Origin: Bdellovibrionales bacterium GWB1_55_8
GTDB taxonomy: Bacteria > Bdellovibrionota > UBA1018
Direction: 5' to 3'
NCBI GenBank assembly: GCA_001769835.1
Contig: MEPR01000073.1
Location: 1,112-65,111, forward strand
DNA: 64,000 bases
In this document: positions 29,824-38,297 of the stretch, one piece after another
Position numbering within the stretch: the stretch's first letter is position 1
Layout: each line of letters begins with the position of its first letter
The notes under the pieces: generated by a model
The model's database searches: none
Told to the model about the DNA's origin: nothing
What the model saw: only the letters and a program-made list of their open reading frames with translations
Translations under genes and position numbers: made by a program

Positions 29824-30246
29824 ATGATTTCGCGGCTTCCGTTCATTCTCGGTCTGCTACTGACGGACCTGGCGGTTGCAGGGTCTATCAAGGTGAGCCA
29901 GGTTTCCGACCTGCGGTTCGGAGTGGCACCGCAGGGGGCTGCCGCGGTCACGATTCCAGCAGGAACTTCTGAAACCGCGTCGAACGCCAGCTTTCGCGTG
30001 ACAGGCAATGCCAACCAATCATTCACGATCGCCATTCCAACAGGAAATATCCAGATGGAAGGCCCGTTGCCTAAGAAGCTAAATCAAATCGACGTTCATT
30101 CTTTTTCGTCGTTTCCATCGGGCACAGGCGTTCTGGATCCCTCCGGAGCGGCAATGGTCTATGTGGGCGCGACGCGAACGGCCCTGGCGGTGAACCTGCC
30201 GCCGGGCTCCTATGACGGAGCGTTTTCGCTCACCGTGGTCTACTGA
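29824..30246 (+). CDS. DUF4402-like fimbrial subunit 3 (no N-terminal extension)
   Basis: Paralogue of 25026 and 26587: VSDLRFG, NASFRVTG, VYVGATR and [11 protein letters not shown]. Confidence 0.75.
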   Translation: MISRLPFILGLLLTDLAVAGSIKVSQVSDLRFGVAPQGAAAVTIPAGTSETASNASFRVTGNANQSFTIAIPTGNIQMEGPLPKKLNQIDVHSFSSFPSGTGVLDPSGAAMVYVGATRTALAVNLPPGSYDGAFSLTVVY

Positions 30247-31010
30247 TTTTTCAGTCGCGCGGTTTTTCCTAACAAATCCGGTCGTTTTTTTTCGGTGCGT
30301 TCGCGCATTTTTTCCTCACGCCACCGCGCAATGGCGCCGTGGTCGCCGCCCAGGAGCACCTCAGGAACTTCGCGTCCCTCGTAATTGCGCGGGCGTGTGT
30401 ACTGCGGGTATTTCAGGAGACCCTTTTCAAAGGTCTCTTCACTCAAGGATTTTTCATTGCCGACGACGCCAGGAATCAAGCGGGTCACGACATCGATCAA
30501 AACCATTGCCGGCAACTCGCCGCCCGTCAGGACGTAGTCACCAATCGAGATCTCGCGATCGACACACATCTCGATGAAGCGCTCGTCGACGCCTTCGTAG
30601 TGGCCGCAAACCAACACCAGATCATCGTAGGTCGCCAGCTCCTTCGCCAAGCTCTGAGTGAGCGGCGTCCCTTGTGGAGAAAGGAAGATGGTCGTGCTCC
30701 GCGCCCCTTCGGGAATTTTTCGGCGTGCCTCTTTCCATGCATCATGAAGCACATCCGCTTTCATGAGCATGCCTTCGCCGCCCCCGTACGGGGTATCGTC
30801 GACAGTCCGATGCTTGTCTTTGGAAAAATCGCGGATCTGCGTAAACTGGAAATCGACCAATCCCTTTTCGCGAGCCTTGCCGACAAGACTGGCCGAGAGG
30901 ACTGAGTCAAAGCTCTCAGGAAAAAGCGTCAGAATGTGAAAGCCGAGACGGGAATCGTTATTCGACGATTTCGAGAACGGTGCGCTTTCTGAGTTTGGTA
31001 GATGCGCCAT
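30240..31010 (-). CDS. trmD: tRNA (guanine37-N1)-methyltransferase TrmD
   Basis: [45 protein letters not shown] and YPQYTRP. The nearest in-frame ATG (31010) lies inside khpA. Confidence 0.95.
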   Translation of the reverse strand: MAHLPNSESAPFSKSSNNDSRLGFHILTLFPESFDSVLSASLVGKAREKGLVDFQFTQIRDFSKDKHRTVDDTPYGGGEGMLMKADVLHDAWKEARRKIPEGARSTTIFLSPQGTPLTQSLAKELATYDDLVLVCGHYEGVDERFIEMCVDREISIGDYVLTGGELPAMVLIDVVTRLIPGVVGNEKSLSEETFEKGLLKYPQYTRPRNYEGREVPEVLLGGDHGAIARWREEKMRERTEKKRPDLLGKTARLKNQ

Positions 31011-31257
31011 TGAGTATCGTCCGAACCGCCCGGGCCGTCCTGCCCTGCTTACCAATGATTTTGCCGAGATCTTCTTTGGCGACCTTCAGTTCAATGACCG
31101 TCGTGTTTTCACCCGCGATCTCGTTGACATGAACCTGATCCGGAACATCCACCAGCATGCGGGCCATATACTCGATCATTTTCGAGAGCTCGCTCAACTG
31201 TTTTGGTGTCCCTGCCTCGCCTGGATTATTTCCCGTATTATTTCCCATGATAGACAT
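30958..31257 (-). CDS. khpA: KH-domain RNA-binding protein (KhpA/YlqC)
   Basis: [21 protein letters not shown] motif; downstream of rpsP. Confidence 0.9.
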   Translation of the reverse strand: MSIMGNNTGNNPGEAGTPKQLSELSKMIEYMARMLVDVPDQVHVNEIAGENTTVIELKVAKEDLGKIIGKQGRTARAVRTILNGASTKLRKRTVLEIVE

Positions 31258-31402
31258 CGCCCCACGTCCCTCCACATGTCTCTGCACAACTTGGCACTGC
31301 TCAACGAGTATGCCGCAAGATCAGCATAACACACCACTCCGGTCCGCTCTTCACGGCTGCCGGCGTGAAAGCCCAACATTGTAAGTTCGGGCGCCGATGT
31401 CT

Positions 31403-31648
31403 TTATTTTGCGAGGGTTTTTACCAATTGTCCAACCGTTTGTGACAACTGGGCGCCCTTGGCCTGCCAAGCTTTCAAAGCTTCAGCATTGATTTCGATCT
31501 TCTCGGCCTGGGTCTTGGCTTTCGGGTAATAGTGCCCGAGCTTCTCAAGGTATTCACCATCGCGCTTGCTCTGGGAGTCAACAGCGACGATCAGATACTG
31601 GGGGTGCTTCTTCGCGCCTTGTCGCGAAAGACGAATGCTAACAGCCAT
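31403..31648 (-). CDS. rpsP: 30S ribosomal protein S16
   Basis: MAVSIRLSRQGAKKHPQYLIVAVD..KRDG..LEKLG.Y and GAQLSQTV. Confidence 0.97.
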   Translation of the reverse strand: MAVSIRLSRQGAKKHPQYLIVAVDSQSKRDGEYLEKLGHYYPKAKTQAEKIEINAEALKAWQAKGAQLSQTVGQLVKTLAK

Positions 31649-31713
31649 TTGAAACGATCCTTTCAAAAACTTAATTAAGTGATCCTCGTGATTAGCAAGT
31701 CCCAATCGGACCG

Positions 31714-32112
31714 TCAACTGGATTCAAGCAGCTCACCCGCCAAAGTGGTCCCATCCAGGAAGCTTTTGAGTTCCTGGGTCAGACGACTGCGGTCCTGTTC
31801 GACGGAACGCCAGCCCGGCTTCACCAAGCGCCCTAAAGCGTTCTTGGGTACCCCGTGGACCGGATTTGACAGGCTGGTAAGTAAAATGACCGGAATAGAT
31901 TGCTGCTCAAACTGTTCCAGAAGTTCCGCCCCCGATTCCCCGGGAAGGATTTCATCCAGAAGGATCAAATCCGGCCGGCGCCTGGAAATTTCGACCCGGG
32001 CGTCCCAGCCGTTCTTGGCCAATCCCGAAACACGAACCCCCGGGATACCGTTAAAAACGAGTTCCAGTAACCGCAACATCGGATCAACATCTTCGATGAT
32101 CAATACGTCCAT
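31714..32112 (-). CDS. Stand-alone response regulator (REC domain)
   Basis: IIED, PDLILLD, PGESG, VILLTS and KP; no output domain. Confidence 0.85.
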   Translation of the reverse strand: MDVLIIEDVDPMLRLLELVFNGIPGVRVSGLAKNGWDARVEISRRRPDLILLDEILPGESGAELLEQFEQQSIPVILLTSLSNPVHGVPKNALGRLVKPGWRSVEQDRSRLTQELKSFLDGTTLAGELLESS

Positions 32113-32179
32113 TATTCCGCCGTTGAGCCATTATTGCGCATCCCAGACGGAGCGGCTACCCTGAAAGAGAGGGAAATGG

Positions 32180-32737
32180 ATGCGACGAACGACAGCTGGA
32201 ACTCTTTTGGGACCCGTTGCGGGAACGATCTTAGGACTGATGCTCATCAGTCCCAGCGTGTGGAGCGACGCCATCCCGGCACCGACCCAAACTGAAGTGG
32301 CTGAAGCCCAGATTCAAAAACTCTCGATCGGGCAAAGTGAGACAACCGTCACACGGCTGATGGGCCCTCCTCGAAACCGTGTAGCTCAAAAATCGGGCGC
32401 TATTTTGGACTATGAACAGCTCCTGCTTCGGTTCAAAAACGGGCGTCTCGCCGAAATTGACCACACCCTGGTTCCGCCAAAAGAAAGGGGGGCCTTGATT
32501 CCCGGAGATTTACCCCTGGTAGAACTTCCACGTGAACGCTCCGAAGACACGGTCCTTCCAGGGCGCTGGGTCACGCACCCGCAGAGCGGAAGGATATGGG
32601 TCATTGGTGTCAGCGGTAAAGTCGAACGAGTCCTTGTCAGGCCCGCCTGGAAAGTGAAAACGCCGGGTTTGCCGATTCACCAGTTACTCGATCGCCCTCC
32701 GCCCGGAGAAAACAACCAGGTGAGGCGTCGCAAATGA
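32180..32737 (+). CDS. Exported hypothetical protein (BamE/BLIP-like N-terminal motif)
   Basis: Signal peptide; LSIGQS..V..LMGPP and LRFKNGRL; ATGA-coupled to the next gene. Confidence 0.55.
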   Translation: MRRTTAGTLLGPVAGTILGLMLISPSVWSDAIPAPTQTEVAEAQIQKLSIGQSETTVTRLMGPPRNRVAQKSGAILDYEQLLLRFKNGRLAEIDHTLVPPKERGALIPGDLPLVELPRERSEDTVLPGRWVTHPQSGRIWVIGVSGKVERVLVRPAWKVKTPGLPIHQLLDRPPPGENNQVRRRK

Positions 32738-34347
32738 AAACACTTCGAGCCACTGTCCTGATTGCTGCAAGCGTGCTGCTGGCGACAAGTGCCCTCGCGA
32801 AAAACAAAAATTGCCCGGATTGCATTATCGGGGAATCCGCGAACGCGCTTTCAAAGCAGACGGACCCGATTCTTGAAGTCGCGCGCTCCTGCCCGGAACC
32901 AGGTAAACTCGAACTGGAAGAAGCCAGAAAGGCCCATGCAGCTGTTTTCCCCCCGTCGCTTCCCACAGCGGAAAAAAACGCGAGCGGGCTCCGCCTGCGC
33001 GGAACGAACGAGGAACTCCGGATTTTCGGTGAGATTGTTGCCGGCAATCGCACTCCGAGCAACTGGCCTGACGCCGCAGCCAATTGTCCAAAGCTAAACG
33101 GTTCTTACCCCCAGGCTTACGATGTGCGCTGCGTGCTTTCCGCGGTCTTTGAAAGTGAAGAGTCCGCTCTCAGGGCACTCGTGATCGCAAAAAAGACCGG
33201 ATATATCGTCAGCCTGAGCCAGGAAAAAAGCCCGGAAGGATACGAGCAAATCTGGAAACCGGAAGAAGTTCGCGCGATCCACTACGCGACACAGGATCTC
33301 CCTTTCAATTTCCTCAACCTGAAAACCTTCAAACAATTTTACAGGGTGCATGATGATTTCGTGAGTCCGACCAATCCAGATGCCGCTGCGATCGCGCACA
33401 GCCCGCATGGCAACACGTTCTCATTCACACCCGGACACATTGTCGCGTACTTTGGAGCGTTCAAAAATGGCGTAAAAGCCGCGCGTACGACCATGGTGCA
33501 CGAACTGGCGCATCAGCTGGATTACAGCAACTGGCTGGGTACATCCACCTACATGAACAGAACCATTGGTTTTGAAAAAATCAGCTGGGAGCCGGATCCG
33601 CTCAATCCGGGCAAGATGCGTAAGAAGCAGGGCGCCCGCTTCGTCACAGATTATTCTCAGAAAAAACCCGCGGAGGATTTCGCTGAATCGGTTGAAAATT
33701 ACATTCACAATCCGCGGCTTCTCAGAACAAAAGCCCCGGAGAAATATGACTTCCTGAAGACAAATATCTTCGGAGGTCAGGAGAAAAATGTAAACATCTG
33801 GCCTCCACTGGCAACCGCCCTGAAAGGCGCGGAAGCCAAGGCGCAATTCAGCATCGAACTCCTCGCCTGTTTGCGCTACATCGGTGCAAGTCAGAAAACG
33901 GACGAAACCTGGATCTGGGAACCCAGAGCAGGCTCCACCATGCTCGACGGCCATCAGCGCGACAACGTGCTCCGAAGAGGAAAATGCGCCCAGTCGATCG
34001 CGAACCAGATCATCAGCGAACTCGATGAGGCAGCTCAGACCGAGGCGTGCTTGATCGGTTCCGGCGCTGTTTCCGCTGCCCTTGACGAGGAAGTGGGTCC
34101 TCTCGTTGGCGCGACGCTGGACGCGGCCTATGAGTTTGCCGAGTTGAAGGCGCCGCTTGCCTGCGCAAAGGGTGATAAAACCGACAAGACCTGCTTTTGG
34201 GAATCATTTACGAAAGCGAAACTCGAGGCCACGCCCGCCGCGGACGGTCTCTCTGCGAAGACGCTCCGCGAGCTTTCAGATCAGGTTCATCGCCTCGTGA
34301 CGGACAACCCTTTCGTCCCGCGCGTGATCAACCTTAACGGATTTTGA
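32734..34347 (+). CDS. Secreted Cys-rich zincin metalloprotease-like protein
   Basis: Signal peptide; HELAH plus downstream FVTDY....AEDFAESV and KAPEKYDF. Confidence 0.7.
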   Translation: MKTLRATVLIAASVLLATSALAKNKNCPDCIIGESANALSKQTDPILEVARSCPEPGKLELEEARKAHAAVFPPSLPTAEKNASGLRLRGTNEELRIFGEIVAGNRTPSNWPDAAANCPKLNGSYPQAYDVRCVLSAVFESEESALRALVIAKKTGYIVSLSQEKSPEGYEQIWKPEEVRAIHYATQDLPFNFLNLKTFKQFYRVHDDFVSPTNPDAAAIAHSPHGNTFSFTPGHIVAYFGAFKNGVKAARTTMVHELAHQLDYSNWLGTSTYMNRTIGFEKISWEPDPLNPGKMRKKQGARFVTDYSQKKPAEDFAESVENYIHNPRLLRTKAPEKYDFLKTNIFGGQEKNVNIWPPLATALKGAEAKAQFSIELLACLRYIGASQKTDETWIWEPRAGSTMLDGHQRDNVLRRGKCAQSIANQIISELDEAAQTEACLIGSGAVSAALDEEVGPLVGATLDAAYEFAELKAPLACAKGDKTDKTCFWESFTKAKLEATPAADGLSAKTLRELSDQVHRLVTDNPFVPRVINLNGF

Positions 34348-34864
34348 ACAGCTTCTTCTGAATCGCCCAGGGCGGCGTCGGACGGTCACCCGGGAAAGCA
34401 TAATCCCAGTGGCAGACAGCGCAGAAGTTTCCCTGATACGCGGAGCCTTCGCTGTAATCATAGCGAAACAGATTCTCCATCTGAGCGCTGTGCGGATTGT
34501 GGCATGAAGCGCAGCTGAACTCTTTCTGAGGATAAAGCGGGTCTTTGGGACCCGATACCGGATGCCCGAAGATCGGATGACTGCAGTCCTTTTTGCCCGG
34601 TCCCGGATGGCATTCCGTCATGATCAGTGAGGCGTCATGACATTGAAAGCAAAGATCATTGACGGGCGCGAGGAGGTTCGCGGGCCGGCCTGAATTTCCT
34701 TCGTGTCCTGCATGGCAGCTGTCGCAGCCGAAAACGGCGGCCTCATGCCGTCCGGCCTTTTCCAGAACCTCGGCGTGACATTCGAAGCAATTTTCAGCGG
34801 CTGCTGACGCGACCGAAAAAAGAGCAGACCAACACAATGCAGACATCAGAATCAAAGAGTTCAT
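34334..34864 (-). CDS. Periplasmic pentaheme c-type cytochrome
   Basis: Signal peptide; five CxxCH motifs (CFECH, CDSCH, CFQCH, CASCH, CAVCH); CASCHNPH paired-CXXCH-type motif. Confidence 0.88.
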   Translation of the reverse strand: MNSLILMSALCWSALFSVASAAAENCFECHAEVLEKAGRHEAAVFGCDSCHAGHEGNSGRPANLLAPVNDLCFQCHDASLIMTECHPGPGKKDCSHPIFGHPVSGPKDPLYPQKEFSCASCHNPHSAQMENLFRYDYSEGSAYQGNFCAVCHWDYAFPGDRPTPPWAIQKKLFKIR

Positions 34865-35045
34865 TACGTTCTCACCCCGCCGGCTGCTTTATCACTGCAG
34901 CATGGCCGACGCAACATCAGAGAACTACACCGGAATTTCTTAAGGTTTTAAACTGACCGGCAGGCGTCTCATGGGCTTGACCGGCCTTCTAATTCCTGAT
35001 AGAAACGGTCGGTCTTTCAACTCCCCTCGCAGGAGACAGCCCCGA

Positions 35046-38000
35046 GTGAAACTTTCGCGTATCCAGCACCAGATCAAAAATTCGGCAATGAGCGCTCTTC
35101 TGCTGCTCTGGTTGATTCCGGCTGCCGAAGCTTCCACCCTTCTTATCCCCAAGTCCCAACAGGAGAATCTGCAGGCTCCCGCAATCGACCTCGTGTACAA
35201 GGGCCAACCTCTTGACCGAGACCAGGTGGTGGACCTGATCGACTCCGGACAGGACATCAGCCGGATCGATCCCGCTCCGAGTGACGTCTGGACGCCAGCC
35301 GCACTCCCCGCCTCGGACGGCTCCTCTCAAAACTATCCGCCTGAAGAGGTGGTATTCGACTTTGACTCCGACATCACCGCTTCGCGGGGAATGTTTCGCG
35401 CGCGGCTCCTGGGTCCGGGCGCGGTTCCTTTTCGTCTCGTCCTCAGCCTCGACTCGCATGCCGCACTGATGCGCTCGGCCCTGCTGCGGCGCCTAGGTTA
35501 CACAGTCGACGCCCCGAAAGCGTATCGCTCGCTGACGGTGCGATTCCGCGACATAGCCACCCGAGAACGCTTTCTCGACCAGCTGAGTGATCGCACTCTG
35601 ACCGCCCGCTCGCGTTGGATTGAAGGATCGCTTTCGCCTTCTGACCCTCAGGTGACCTTGAGGGACGCTGTCCTTGAACCGGGACGAATCCAAATTCCTC
35701 CCTATCACTGGGGCGTCGTATCCGGAGCGCATCTGAAAGGCCGCAGGGTGCTTCGCGCTCTGATCGTGCCGTTTGTACTTCTGGATGTCCCTGAAAGCAT
35801 CAATCTCTACGCCTGGGAGCCGGGAAAGGAACTCAGCAAGCACGTTTCGCTGACGCATCCCTACGCCGATTCATTCTCCGAGACGACTTTCGATGATGCT
35901 CGTTGGATCGTCAGAAAAATTGCCGAACTGAAGCCGGAGGACTTAAAAACGATCGTGGCCGCCGGCCGGTATCCGGCGCCGGTCACCACTCTCATTCTCG
36001 AAAAACTCACGGCCCGGCGAAACAACCTGGTACGACTTTTCGAACTCAGGGGCGAGATTCCAAAAGCGATGCGCGAATTCGCATACCGAACCGATATCCA
36101 TTTTCCGCCAGACGTCCTGAAAGGAAAACTGGTTCGCGAAACTTATGAAGGCTACGCGCTTCGCTTCACCTATGGCGACCCCGAGTCTCCGCTCCGAAAA
36201 GACGAACTGGGCCGGTATCTCAGGCTGGAACTCATCAGCGGCGCGATCCGCGCCCTGACCCAGAAAGTGAATGAAGCGCTGGAGGCGCGCGGACCGGCGG
36301 ACATCGCGAAAAAACATTCGGAAGACCTTCAGAAGGAATTCCTCGATCATATCCAAAATAAACCGAACCAGCCCCTGTCGAAGCCTGTCGGCTTCTGGGG
36401 AGGAATGACGGGCGGACTTCGCGTCAACGCGAGCCGAAACGTCGTCACCGGAACTTATTACGGAAGCGATTCGAAACTGCAGCTGGTCGACAATATCTCA
36501 GCCCAGGCCACGGTCGGTTACTTCATGAGCAAGGACGGAGTACCGAAAGCAGTGGTGGGCGGCTCTGGAAATCTTGTCATTCAACGAAACTACATTCACG
36601 TAAGACCGGTTCCGAATCTGAAAACCGCGCTCACCACGAATTGGAGCTGGCTCTGGGTGCCCGGCTTCATGAAAAAGCTCGGAAAAATGATCGAACCTGA
36701 CGCTGCGAAGCCCGTCTCGAGCCTGGAGCCGGACCAGATTTCGAATAATTTGGATGCGTTTCTCGAGGAATTGAAGGAAGGCGAGCTCTTCACCATCACG
36801 GACTCCGTGGGGCTTGGCGCCTCGGTTTCCGCCACCATTCCTCTTCTGGCGCTTCTGGGTGTCGACCCGCTCGGAGTAGGTGGAACCTTCACCATCGGTC
36901 CAAGCGCCCAGGGCACGATCTTGAGGCGCACAACGTTCGTGCGCACCGCCGATGGTCTTCAGGTTTACCTCCAGCACGCGCACACCGAGAGCCTTTCAGC
37001 GAATTTCGATTTCAGCTTCTGGATGAATGTCCTGAAAACCTCGATCGGCGCGCAGCGTGGCGCAAGTTCCACGCGCGCTTACCTGCTGGGGACAAAGCCC
37101 AAAGGTGCCGACGAACAACGTCGCATGGCCATTGCGCTTTCCGCCCTATTGAAAGCCAATAACAGCGAAATCCTCGAGGATACCTACGGCAAATACGTCC
37201 TCAAACACGAGATGCCATCGAAGAGCCGCAAAGCGAAATTTCTCAGGTGGCAATGGTCCGGGGTCGAGGAAAGTCATCGTGTCGAGATCCAGCCTCCTGA
37301 GGACACGCAGGTGCCGCCGCGGTACCAGGCCAGGGATCATAAAAGAAAGTTGTTTTCACATCGCATCCTGCGGCGCTCGGGCACGAACGATTACAACTTC
37401 CTTGCGCAGGTGCTGGAGGGTTTCTTCCCGGGACATGGCCTCGAGTCAGCCGGAGCGGCCGGTGACAACCCCTCAAGCTCCTTCCTCGGTAAAAGCCGCT
37501 GGACGAATATCACCACGGAAGCCGAAACCACGGCAGGCCGTGAAACCGACCCCGTTTCACTGATCGAATATCATTGGCAAGGCTGGCTGCTCTCGAAAGC
37601 AAAGCTCTTTTCAATATTCGACCGCATCGAGGCCCGACTTGCGAGCCTGGACCCCGAACTCAGAGTGATTGACCGGGATGCGTTTCAGGATCTGAAGCAG
37701 CTACAGATGTATGACATTCAATCCACCCTTCTTATTTACGAGAAAGGCGTACGCCGAATCCGGGATGACATCCTGGGTGCCAGGAAAAAATCCGATCGCG
37801 CTCTTTTCGCCCGTCTTGTTGAAATCGAGGGACGTGAGAGTTTTCGCCGGTATTGCCTGTCCGAGCTTCAGCGAACCCATAGCGGTGAAGGCAGTGATCC
37901 GTATGCTCCCGAACGCGAGCTTGAGGAGATCATGAACGGCGGAGGGTGGTTCTACGCCTGCCTGAAACCCTGGATGTCGCGTGCGATGAGCCTGGCCAGG

Positions 38001-38297
38001 AAATTCCCTTCTGATCGCGAAGACCAGGTGAAATGGACAGCGAAACTGCTCCATGCCCTGGAGAAAGACCTCGATTTCGGCAAGCTCATTGAATGGATTG
38101 GAAAAGATCATTTCTTCTTTCAGGTGCGGGTCAGCGGCTTCCGGAAAGGACAGGAAAATGGTGACTCCGAATATGTATCAGGTTCCATCGGCATGGTGGA
38201 TCCGGCTCAGGGTGTGGGCCCGTTCAAGGAGATCGCGGATCAGACACATTTAACAACGCACGAACTCTATGCGCGTTACCTGAGTGAGGCACAATGA
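35046..38297 (+). CDS. Large exported hypothetical protein (possible degenerate kinase-like N-domain, beta-rich C-region)
   Basis: Long ORF (track 34971..38297); AGGAG before GTG 35046; signal-peptide-like N-terminus; ATGA overlap with the subtilase gene. Confidence 0.75.
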   Translation: MKLSRIQHQIKNSAMSALLLLWLIPAAEASTLLIPKSQQENLQAPAIDLVYKGQPLDRDQVVDLIDSGQDISRIDPAPSDVWTPAALPASDGSSQNYPPEEVVFDFDSDITASRGMFRARLLGPGAVPFRLVLSLDSHAALMRSALLRRLGYTVDAPKAYRSLTVRFRDIATRERFLDQLSDRTLTARSRWIEGSLSPSDPQVTLRDAVLEPGRIQIPPYHWGVVSGAHLKGRRVLRALIVPFVLLDVPESINLYAWEPGKELSKHVSLTHPYADSFSETTFDDARWIVRKIAELKPEDLKTIVAAGRYPAPVTTLILEKLTARRNNLVRLFELRGEIPKAMREFAYRTDIHFPPDVLKGKLVRETYEGYALRFTYGDPESPLRKDELGRYLRLELISGAIRALTQKVNEALEARGPADIAKKHSEDLQKEFLDHIQNKPNQPLSKPVGFWGGMTGGLRVNASRNVVTGTYYGSDSKLQLVDNISAQATVGYFMSKDGVPKAVVGGSGNLVIQRNYIHVRPVPNLKTALTTNWSWLWVPGFMKKLGKMIEPDAAKPVSSLEPDQISNNLDAFLEELKEGELFTITDSVGLGASVSATIPLLALLGVDPLGVGGTFTIGPSAQGTILRRTTFVRTADGLQVYLQHAHTESLSANFDFSFWMNVLKTSIGAQRGASSTRAYLLGTKPKGADEQRRMAIALSALLKANNSEILEDTYGKYVLKHEMPSKSRKAKFLRWQWSGVEESHRVEIQPPEDTQVPPRYQARDHKRKLFSHRILRRSGTNDYNFLAQVLEGFFPGHGLESAGAAGDNPSSSFLGKSRWTNITTEAETTAGRETDPVSLIEYHWQGWLLSKAKLFSIFDRIEARLASLDPELRVIDRDAFQDLKQLQMYDIQSTLLIYEKGVRRIRDDILGARKKSDRALFARLVEIEGRESFRRYCLSELQRTHSGEGSDPYAPERELEEIMNGGGWFYACLKPWMSRAMSLARKFPSDREDQVKWTAKLLHALEKDLDFGKLIEWIGKDHFFFQVRVSGFRKGQENGDSEYVSGSIGMVDPAQGVGPFKEIADQTHLTTHELYARYLSEAQ

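Noticed and set aside
21660-30246. Prophage, ICE or transposon call for the inserted block
   Set aside because: No integrase, transposase, tRNA target or terminal repeats seen; reported only as an accessory block.
30240-31055. trmD as a pseudogene
   Set aside because: All catalytic motifs are intact and the frame is open to an upstream ATG.
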